The notes under the pieces: generated by a model | Told to the model about the DNA's origin: nothing | The model's database searches: none | What the model saw: only the letters and a program-made list of their open reading frames with translations | From: Treponemataceae bacterium | Lineage (GTDB): Bacteria > Spirochaetota > Spirochaetia > Treponematales > Rectinemataceae | Reading direction: 5' to 3' | NCBI GenBank assembly: GCA_963667725.2 | Contig: CAXXHO010000005.1 | Coordinates: 960,001-1,024,000, forward strand | Length of the DNA stretch: 64,000 bases | Part shown: positions 56,793 through 64,000 of the stretch, piece by piece | Layout: every line of letters starts with the position of its first letter | Numbering within the stretch: position 1 is the first letter of the stretch | Translations under genes and position numbers: made by a program

Positions 56793-57770
56793 ATGAACAT
56801 GAGAAAAGGTTCGCGGATCGCGATGGTGCTGGCGACATTGCTCGCGCTGACGGCGCTCCTGCCTCAGGCCGTTTTCGCCCAGGACTATCCGAAAAGACCG
56901 ATCACGGCGATCGTGGCCTTCGGCGCCGGCGGCGGAACCGACCTCGCCGCGCGCATCATCCTGAAGTTCGCCGAAAAATACATCGGCGGCATCTTCGTCG
57001 TCGAGAACAAACCCGGCGCCGGCGGCGCCCTCGGCTTCACCGCCATAGCCCAGGCCAAGCCCGACGGCTACACGATCGGCATGATCAATCCGCCGAGCGT
57101 TCTCTTCAACCCGATCCAGCTCGGCGATAAAGTAAAGTACAAGCTCTCCGATTTCGCCCTCATCGCCAACTTCGTCAGCGACCCGGGTGCCATCATGGTT
57201 TCGTACGACAGCAAGTTTAAGACACTGCCGGAGGTCGTCGCCTGGGCAAAGGCGAATCCCGGCAAGCTCCGCATCGGTTACGGCGGCCCCGGAACCCAGG
57301 AAGCGCTCACGCTGAGAAAGTGGATCGCGGACAACGATCTCAAAGTGCTCAAGGTTCCCTTCGAAGGCACCGGCACCAACCTGACCGCTCTTCTGGGCGG
57401 CAACACCGAAGTCATGTTCGCCAACGCTTCCGAAATCATGCCGCAGTATGAGGCGAAGCAGATCCGCGTCCTCGCGGTCGGCACCGAAAAGCGCTTCAGC
57501 TGGATGCCCGAAGTTCCGACCTTCAAGGAAGGTGGATTCAACGCCACCCAGATGGCGATGCGCGGTCTCGCGGCGCCCAAGGGCATCGACCCGGCGAACC
57601 TCAAGAAGCTCGCCGACGCGATGAAGAAGACCTTCGACGATCCGGAATTCCAGGCCAAGGCCAAGGAAGTGAATCTTCCCCTCGATTATCAGGGCCCGGA
57701 GCAGTTCCTCAAGACGCTTCAGACCCTCGATGTTTTCTATCGCGCCGAATACGCCGCGAATCCCTGGTAA
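56793..57770 (+). CDS. tctC: Tripartite tricarboxylate transporter substrate-binding protein TctC
   Basis: Signal peptide; YP.RPI, AGGGTD..AR, NKPGAGG and PDGYT motifs. Confidence 0.92.
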   Translation: MNMRKGSRIAMVLATLLALTALLPQAVFAQDYPKRPITAIVAFGAGGGTDLAARIILKFAEKYIGGIFVVENKPGAGGALGFTAIAQAKPDGYTIGMINPPSVLFNPIQLGDKVKYKLSDFALIANFVSDPGAIMVSYDSKFKTLPEVVAWAKANPGKLRIGYGGPGTQEALTLRKWIADNDLKVLKVPFEGTGTNLTALLGGNTEVMFANASEIMPQYEAKQIRVLAVGTEKRFSWMPEVPTFKEGGFNATQMAMRGLAAPKGIDPANLKKLADAMKKTFDDPEFQAKAKEVNLPLDYQGPEQFLKTLQTLDVFYRAEYAANPW

Positions 57771-57781
57771 TGTAACCGCTG

Positions 57782-57825
57782 CCCGGGCCGTCATGGGGAA
57801 ATCGTCCGTGACGCCCGGGTTTTTT
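57782..57825 (+). terminator. Rho-independent terminator after tctC
   Basis: CCCGGG.CGTCA...TGACGCCCGGG followed by TTTTTT. Confidence 0.7.
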
Positions 57826-57853
57826 CGAAATACAATCTAAAAGGAATCCACGA

Positions 57854-59143
57854 ATGACCGAAACCCGCCCGCTTTTCTACGATGCCTATCTCGCGATCCT
57901 GCGCGAGGAACTCGTGCCCGCGATGGGCTGTACCGAACCTATCGCCGTGGCCTTCGCGGCCGCGACCGCGCGTGACATTCTCGGCTTGCGTCCCGAGAGC
58001 GCCGAGATACGCTGCAGCGCCAATATCATCAAGAATGTCAAAGGCGTCACGGTTCCGAATACCGGAGGCATGCGCGGCATCAGGGCGGCGGCGACGGCGG
58101 GAATTGTGGGTGGCAACGCGCAGGCCAAGCTCGAAGTGCTCAAATCGGTCACGAAAGAAGATTTGGTCGAGGTGAAGCGGCTGCTGGCTGTAGGATTCTG
58201 CAAGGCCGCGCTCGCCGAAGGTCTTGAAGGGCTCTATATAGAGGCGATCGTCCACGCCGGCGGCCAGAGCGCGGAAGTCGTCATCAAGGACAGCCATACC
58301 GGCGTTTCGCGCATTCGCAAGAATGGCGTCACGGTTTTCGAAGCCGAAGGAAAGAAAGTGGGCGGCGATGCCGTCGCGGCGCGTCCCGGCTACAATCTCC
58401 TGAACGTGCGCGATATCCTGGAATTTGCCAATACCGTTGACCTCTCCGAGGTATCCAGCCTCCTCGAAGGGCAGATACGGATGAACGGGGCGATTTCAGA
58501 CGAAGGGATGATCAATGACTACGGCGTTTCCGTAGGCAAGACTATCATCGCCAGGGAAGGCGGCAATGTCAGGTCGCGCGCGCGGGCCAGAGCCGCGGCG
58601 GGCAGCGACGCGAGAATGGGCGGCTGCGCCCTTCCCGTCGTCATCAATTCCGGCAGCGGAAACCAGGGCATCACCGTTTCGATCCCCGTCATCGAATACG
58701 CCAGCGAATTGAAGTCCGATCATGAAACGCTGCTGCGCGCCCTCATCGTATCGAACCTCGTCGCGCTCGAGCAGAAAGAATATATCGGCAAGCTCTCGGC
58801 GTACTGCGGCGCCGTTTCGGCGGCGGTGGGCAGCGGCGCTGGCATAACCTACCTCTGCGGCGGCGGATACGACAAGATCGCCATGACCATAACGAACGCC
58901 ATCGCCACGGCGGGCGGAATGTTCTGCGACGGCGCGAAGTCCTCCTGCGCGGCGAAGATAGCCACGGCACTGGAAGCGGCGATAACCGCTCACGAAATGA
59001 GCCTGCAGGGGAAGAGCTTCTCCTCGGGCGAGGGCCTCGTCGGCGAGGATGTCGAAAAGACCATCCGCAATATAGGAAGCGTCGGGAAGACGGGGATGCG
59101 CTCCACCGATATCGAGATAATCCGAATCATGCTGGATGAGTGA
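57854..59143 (+). CDS. cyuA: L-cysteine desulfidase CyuA/YhaM (serine dehydratase alpha-like) family
   Basis: PAMGCTEP, NIIKN..GV.VP, SDARM.G...PV....GSGNQG, LSAYCG and CDGAK.SCA motifs. Confidence 0.85.
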   Translation: MTETRPLFYDAYLAILREELVPAMGCTEPIAVAFAAATARDILGLRPESAEIRCSANIIKNVKGVTVPNTGGMRGIRAAATAGIVGGNAQAKLEVLKSVTKEDLVEVKRLLAVGFCKAALAEGLEGLYIEAIVHAGGQSAEVVIKDSHTGVSRIRKNGVTVFEAEGKKVGGDAVAARPGYNLLNVRDILEFANTVDLSEVSSLLEGQIRMNGAISDEGMINDYGVSVGKTIIAREGGNVRSRARARAAAGSDARMGGCALPVVINSGSGNQGITVSIPVIEYASELKSDHETLLRALIVSNLVALEQKEYIGKLSAYCGAVSAAVGSGAGITYLCGGGYDKIAMTITNAIATAGGMFCDGAKSSCAAKIATALEAAITAHEMSLQGKSFSSGEGLVGEDVEKTIRNIGSVGKTGMRSTDIEIIRIMLDE

Positions 59144-59285
59144 GCTTGCCAGAGCCCGCTATAGCCGCGAGGATTCCTGATCGGCCTAAACGCAAATCGA
59201 CAAGTCTTAAATAAAACACGATCGCGAAACAAAATGTTTATACATCTTGAATGTATGACTATATAGTTGTATATTCTCATACGTT

Positions 59286-59732
59286 ATGACAAAGAAAATA
59301 GATTTATCGGAGCGCGAACGCGAAACGAAGCGCTCCACGATATACATCAACGAAAAGCTCGGCGCGCTTCTGTCGAAATACCTGCGGAGGAAGAACGACA
59401 CGAGCGGCAAGAACGAAGGACAGAGCGCGACGATCACGCGCATCATGGATCGTTACGATGTGTTCATGCGGATCGAGCGGCGCACGATCCGCGATGTTTT
59501 TACCCGCGATGAATTCAGCGTCATGCTGAAAAAAGCTTTTTACAAGACCTTCCATCCGGCCGAGGGCATCCTCGGCGCCGTGCTCGACGAGGCTATCAAC
59601 GAAGCGGACAACACCTTCCTGCTGCACAACGTAGACCGCGAAACCCTCATAGGAAAGCTCAATGGATTGACGCCGGGCCAGCAGCTTGCGCTGGTGGACT
59701 GGCTGGAAGAGATGCGAGCCGAAGCCGTCTGA
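59286..59732 (+). CDS. Hypothetical protein, possible ribbon-helix-helix DNA-binding protein
   Basis: Clean 148-aa ORF; N-terminal beta-strand-like RSTIYIN followed by helices; C-terminal KL..LT..Q.LALVD. Confidence 0.5.
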   Translation: MTKKIDLSERERETKRSTIYINEKLGALLSKYLRRKNDTSGKNEGQSATITRIMDRYDVFMRIERRTIRDVFTRDEFSVMLKKAFYKTFHPAEGILGAVLDEAINEADNTFLLHNVDRETLIGKLNGLTPGQQLALVDWLEEMRAEAV

Positions 59733-59836
59733 TACCTACCGTGTAGATTCCAGCTCAGTGCATTGAGCTTATTCCATAGTAAATATGGACATATACAGTT
59801 ACATCACCGCAAAGCCTCACTATAAGGAAAGAATCA

Positions 59837-60916
59837 ATGAAAAAATTCATAAAAGCCTGTTGCATGACAGTGCTCCTCGCCGGCTTCATCGTGGGATGCG
59901 CCGCGCCCCTAGCCGACAATCTTACCCCGCCGACCGTGAGCTCCACGGTTCCGACCACCGGCGAAAACGGCATGCCTCTTAATGGCAACATCTCCGTCAC
60001 CTTCAGCAAGGAAATGGCCCCCGCGACGGTCAATGCCACCACCTTTACAGTGACTGGTCCCGCGACGGCCGTAACCGGCACAGTAGCGATGAATGACGGC
60101 CTCACTGGCGTCTTCACTCCCACTGGCTCACTCGCCGGCAATACGCTCTACACTGCCACCGTCAGCACCGGAGTGCAGGACGTGTATACCAACGCGATGG
60201 AAAGCGCCTATACCTGGAGCTTCACCACCGGAGCCAGCGTTTCTTCCAGCCCGGCCATCGTCAACCTTGGCACGGCGGGCAATTTCGTCATTCTGGCCAA
60301 ATCCGCCGTCTCGACCACGGGCACCACCGCGGTCACGGGAAACATCGGGCTAAGCCCGGCAGCCACCAGCTTCCTGACTGGATTTTCTCTAACGATGGAC
60401 CCCACGAACGTATACGCGACCTCGAGCCTCGTGACCGACAGGCTGTACGCCGCGGACATGACTCCCCCCACTCCCGACAATATGACCACCGCCGTGGCTA
60501 ACATGGAAACCGCCTATACCGACGCCGCCGGACGCGTGACGCCCGACTTCCTCAACCTGGGCGCTGGCGACGTGAGCGGACTTACCCTCGTCCCCGGCCT
60601 CTACAAGTGGGGAACCGGACTCCTGATGGCTTCTGATATCACTATTTCGGGCAACGCCACCGATATCTGGATTTTCCAGGTGTCGGAGAATCTGACCGTG
60701 AGCAGTGGCGTCATGGTAACCTTGAGCGGCGGCGCTCTGCCCGAGCACATTTTCTGGCAGGTAGCGGGAGATGTATCGCTCGGAACTACTTCGAACTTCA
60801 AGGGAATCATCCTTTGCCAGACGCAGATAGTGATGCGGACAGGCGCGGTGCTGAATGGCAGGGCGCTCGCCCAGACTCAGGTAACCTTGGATGCCAACGC
60901 CGTAACCCAGCCTTAA
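59837..60916 (+). CDS. Ice-binding (DUF3494) lipoprotein with N-terminal Ig-like domain
   Basis: Lipobox IVGC; PTV.ST.P...TFS..M...WSFTT Ig-like domain; LGTAGNFVILAK, AY.DAAGR, L.PGLYKW, WIFQ, IFWQVAG and GRALAQT motifs. Confidence 0.9.
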   Translation: MKKFIKACCMTVLLAGFIVGCAAPLADNLTPPTVSSTVPTTGENGMPLNGNISVTFSKEMAPATVNATTFTVTGPATAVTGTVAMNDGLTGVFTPTGSLAGNTLYTATVSTGVQDVYTNAMESAYTWSFTTGASVSSSPAIVNLGTAGNFVILAKSAVSTTGTTAVTGNIGLSPAATSFLTGFSLTMDPTNVYATSSLVTDRLYAADMTPPTPDNMTTAVANMETAYTDAAGRVTPDFLNLGAGDVSGLTLVPGLYKWGTGLLMASDITISGNATDIWIFQVSENLTVSSGVMVTLSGGALPEHIFWQVAGDVSLGTTSNFKGIILCQTQIVMRTGAVLNGRALAQTQVTLDANAVTQP

Positions 60917-60941
60917 CGCCGAGCTATACTTAAAAACGACG

Positions 60942-60980
60942 AGGGGCTGCCCGGAATTTTCCGGGCAGCCCCTTTCTTTT
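60942..60980 (+). terminator. Rho-independent terminator
   Basis: AGGGGCTGCCCGGA-ATT-TTCCGGGCAGCCCCT followed by TTCTTTT. Confidence 0.85.
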
Positions 60981-61048
60981 GCCCCAGGCAGGGGGATTCA
61001 TCGACAAGGTCCATCGATCCGCATTACACTTTATGCCATGGAGCCAGC

Positions 61049-62101
61049 GTGAGCGAGGAAGAAGGGCGGCACGTTCGCCGCAAGCGGTACAGGGGGAATC
61101 ATCCCCGCTCGTTTTCCGAGAAATACAAGGAACATGATCCGCAGAAATACGCTCAGGACCTCGAACGCGTCCTCGCGCGGGGCGACACGCCCGCGGGCAC
61201 TCACCGTTCCATAATGGTCAAGGAAATACTCGAAGCGCTTGCGCCGCGCCCGGGCGATACAGCCGTCGACGCGACCCTGGGCTACGGCGGCCACGCCAAG
61301 GAAATCCTGAAGGCGATTCTCCCCGGAGGACGGCTCTACGGTTTCGATCGCGATCCGCTGGAATTGAGGCGGACGACGGAACGGCTTTCCGCGTCGGTGA
61401 TTCCGCCTGAAGCCCCTGACGGCACCTTCGTTCCGGTGAACGCCAATTTTTCTACGATCGCCGAGTATTTCGCCGCCTCATGCATAGGCGGAGCCGATGT
61501 TTTCCTCGCCGATCTCGGCCTGTCTTCGATGCAGATCGACAATCCCGAGCGGGGATTCAGCTATAAGCAGAACGGGCCGCTCGACATGCGCATGAATTCG
61601 GAAAAAGGCCAGTCGGCCAGGGAATTCCTCGCCGAGGCGCCGGAAGGAAGGCTGCGCGACATCCTATCGGCCAATGCCGACGAGGCGATGGCGGCGGAAA
61701 TCGCCCGCGCGATTTGGCTCCGGCGCGGAAGCCTCGCCACGACGCGCGATCTGGCCGAAGCGATCTGTTCGGTTTTCCCCAAGCTCGCCTTCAAAGATCC
61801 CGAGATGACGAAAACCCTGCGCCGCTGCTTCCAGGCCATCCGCATCGAGGTGAACGGCGAGTTTTCCTCCCTCGAGACGCTTCTCGCAAGCCTCCCTTCC
61901 ATCCTGAAGCCGGGCGGCCGCGCCGCCTTCCTCTCCTTTCATTCGGGAGAAGACCGCCGCGTCGAAACCGCTTTCGAGGCCGGCCTGGCCAGCGGCCTTT
62001 ATTCTTTCGTGTCCACGGACGTCATCAGGCCCGGCCACGAAGAGCGCTACAACAACCCCCGCTCGACTTCCGCGAAACTTCGCTGGGCAATCCGCGCCTA
62101 A
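61049..62101 (+). CDS. rsmH: 16S rRNA m4C1402 methyltransferase RsmH/MraW with N-terminal extension
   Basis: H..IM..E, DATLGYGGH, DLGLSSMQID...RGFS....PLDMRM, FQAIRIEVN, SFHSGEDR and NPRS.SAKLR motifs. Confidence 0.92.
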   Translation: MSEEEGRHVRRKRYRGNHPRSFSEKYKEHDPQKYAQDLERVLARGDTPAGTHRSIMVKEILEALAPRPGDTAVDATLGYGGHAKEILKAILPGGRLYGFDRDPLELRRTTERLSASVIPPEAPDGTFVPVNANFSTIAEYFAASCIGGADVFLADLGLSSMQIDNPERGFSYKQNGPLDMRMNSEKGQSAREFLAEAPEGRLRDILSANADEAMAAEIARAIWLRRGSLATTRDLAEAICSVFPKLAFKDPEMTKTLRRCFQAIRIEVNGEFSSLETLLASLPSILKPGGRAAFLSFHSGEDRRVETAFEAGLASGLYSFVSTDVIRPGHEERYNNPRSTSAKLRWAIRA

Positions 62102-62247
62102 GAATCGCCTCGAAATCGCGTTTATCCGCCGGCTGAAAAATTCTTCAAGAAATAATTTGACAAACCCCATCCCGTGCATTAAAAGAACATTGTCACGCCT
62201 CTCTGTCGCGAATTGGTTCTTGCGGGCAAAACCGCAGGGAGCGCATC

Positions 62248-62730
62248 ATGAAAAAAGCGATATGTCCGGTGCTGGTCATTGGGGCGTTTTGTGTCGGCTG
62301 TTCTCCCTTCGCGATCAATATCCAAGGCTACACCTATATCGAGGAAAACCTCCGCGACGCGTGGATCGATGTGGCTTCGCATAAATACATCAATGAGTAT
62401 CTCGAGTACTGGGCCAGCCCGATGGAGTTCGAGGCCAGGGGCGGCGGCGACTGCGAGGACTTTGCCTTCGCCTTGGTATACAGGCTCGGCAGAAGCGCTT
62501 CCTCCGTATGCGTCCTGAACCCAAAGGGCGGCTTTCACGAGATCGTGAAGTTCAAGGACCGCTATCTGGAGCCCCAGCGCTATGGAATGTACTACGACCC
62601 CAAAAACCTGACCATTCTCTGGGTGGCGGATTACGACAAAACGATGAGCATGGCGACCCTGTGGGGCGCGAAGCATGCGGACGCGGCGCCATCGCAGACG
62701 CCAACCTCCGGGCAGGCTCCGTTTCCGTAA
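62248..62730 (+). CDS. Small lipoprotein with transglutaminase-like cysteine peptidase motif
   Basis: Lipobox-like CVGC; YW.SP.E....GGDCEDFA and a downstream His. Confidence 0.65.
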   Translation: MKKAICPVLVIGAFCVGCSPFAINIQGYTYIEENLRDAWIDVASHKYINEYLEYWASPMEFEARGGGDCEDFAFALVYRLGRSASSVCVLNPKGGFHEIVKFKDRYLEPQRYGMYYDPKNLTILWVADYDKTMSMATLWGAKHADAAPSQTPTSGQAPFP

Positions 62731-62838
62731 AACTTCATAAATAGTTCGCAACAAAATAAGTTGACACGTTTCAATTTCCATGGCAATAATGCTTCAACAG
62801 TCTGCCTGCTGCATGCAGGAGGACACAGGGAGGATCAG

Positions 62839-64000
62839 ATGAAGAAAAGGATTCTATCGCTTCTGCTTTTGTGCATGCTGGCGCTGTCGTTCACCGCGGC
62901 CCAGGGATCGAAGAAAATCGAGCTGACCTTTTTCTATCCGGTGCAGGTAGGCGGACCGCTTACCAAGCTCATAGAGAAAATCTGCGCCGACTTTACCGCC
63001 GAGAATCCGAATATCGTGGTGAAGCCAGTGTATACCGGCAATTACGATGACACCGTGGTCAAGATCCAAACCGCCAGATCGGGCAAGAATCCGCCAGAGG
63101 TGTTCGTCAACCTCGCGACCCAGCGCTTTTCCATGGCCTCCACGGGAACGGCGATCGCTCTCGACAGCCTGATCGCCGCGGACGGAGCGGCGGGAAAGGC
63201 CTATATCGGCGACTTCCTTCCCGGATTCATGGAAGATTCCTATGTCGACGGCAAAATCTACAGCATACCCTTCCAGAGAAGCACGATGGTGCTCTTCTAC
63301 AATAAAGACGCCTTCGCCGAAGTCGGCCTCAACCCCGAAGCTCCGCCCAAGACCTGGGATGAACTTGTCGAGTATTCGAAGAAACTCGTGAAGAAAGACG
63401 CGGCGGGCAACGTTACGCGCTACGGCGTGGGCATCGCTCTCAATTCCGGATCGGCTCAGTGGGCATTTACCGGCTTTGCCCTCCAGAACTCGGAAGACGG
63501 ACGCAACCTGATGAGCGAAGACGGGAAAAAGGTCTATTTCGACACTAAGGGCAACGTGGAAGCGCTCCAGTTCTGGTGCGATCTGCAGGCCAAGTACAAG
63601 GTCATGCAGCCCGGCATCGTGCAGTGGACCGATCTGCCCGGCCAGTTCATCAACGGATCCGTCGCCATGATCTACCACACGACCGGAAACCTGACGAACA
63701 TCAACAATAACGCCAAGTTCAAGTTCGGCACCGCGTTCCTTCCCGGCAGCAAGCGCGTCGCGGCGCCTACAGGCGGCGGTAACTTCTATATCTCCGCCGA
63801 TCTTCCCAAGGAACAGGAGCAGGCAGCGTGGAAGTTCATCAAATTCGCCACGGACGCCGAACGTCTGGCCCAGTGGAATGTCGACACCGGGTACGTGGCG
63901 CCCAGAAAGTCCTCTTTCCAAACCGCGATCATGAAGGCCTATTGGGCGAAAGTGCCTCAAGCCCGCGTAGCCTTTGACCAGATCCCCTTCGCCAAGCCGG
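62839..64000 (+). CDS. ABC transporter substrate-binding protein (UgpB/sugar family 1), runs off the window end
   Basis: GGGAGG RBS, signal peptide, YTGNYDD, IPFQRST..L.YNKD.F and P.TWDEL motifs. Confidence 0.88.
   Translation, partial: MKKRILSLLLLCMLALSFTAAQGSKKIELTFFYPVQVGGPLTKLIEKICADFTAENPNIVVKPVYTGNYDDTVVKIQTARSGKNPPEVFVNLATQRFSMASTGTAIALDSLIAADGAAGKAYIGDFLPGFMEDSYVDGKIYSIPFQRSTMVLFYNKDAFAEVGLNPEAPPKTWDELVEYSKKLVKKDAAGNVTRYGVGIALNSGSAQWAFTGFALQNSEDGRNLMSEDGKKVYFDTKGNVEALQFWCDLQAKYKVMQPGIVQWTDLPGQFINGSVAMIYHTTGNLTNINNNAKFKFGTAFLPGSKRVAAPTGGGNFYISADLPKEQEQAAWKFIKFATDAERLAQWNVDTGYVAPRKSSFQTAIMKAYWAKVPQARVAFDQIPFAKP

Noticed and set aside
62160..62247. Possible c-di-GMP-I riboswitch (GGCAAA in a hairpin)
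   Set aside because: Only one short hairpin is present. The second stem and the GNRA/receptor elements are absent.
1..64000. Prophage, integrase, transposase, tRNA/rRNA or known anti-phage defence genes
   Set aside because: None were recognised. The lone GIY-YIG-like and RHH-like ORFs are insufficient to call a mobile element.

Overview
GC-rich bacterial chromosomal segment of about 55 genes, dominated by solute uptake and anaerobic catabolism. A free-living spirochaete origin is plausible from the RRM protein and repeat surface protein, but this is inference only. From left to right: a TRAP transporter divergent from a three-subunit xanthine-dehydrogenase-family Mo-hydroxylase whose FAD subunit carries an inserted GltD-like module; a large PHP-domain membrane protein; a ydhYVW aldehyde:ferredoxin oxidoreductase operon behind a Moco-riboswitch-like leader; panE/SnoaL/SDR genes and a decayed phytoene-desaturase-like pseudogene; a flavodoxin-like gene plus a radical SAM gene; an IclR-hydroxyacid dehydrogenase-tctBAC-RraA unit; trkH coupled to a KdpD/KdpE-like pair with a KdpE-type box; a creatininase-like/Dpp ABC/nitrilase/RraA operon; corA, an acyltransferase, a repeat surface protein, NhaC and MATE transporters and two peptidases; a FadR-controlled opine dehydrogenase/UroD-like/tctBAC/cysteine desulfidase unit; a DUF3494 ice-binding lipoprotein; an orphan rsmH; and the start of an ABC binding protein. 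I found no rRNA, tRNA, CRISPR array or intact transposase/integrase. All family calls come from motif recognition by eye, not database searches. The best candidates for undescribed systems are the TRAP plus Mo-hydroxylase/GltD-insertion locus, the opine-DH/UroD-like/CyuA unit, the variant-creatininase operon with its structured leader, and the KdpDE-TrkH rewiring.
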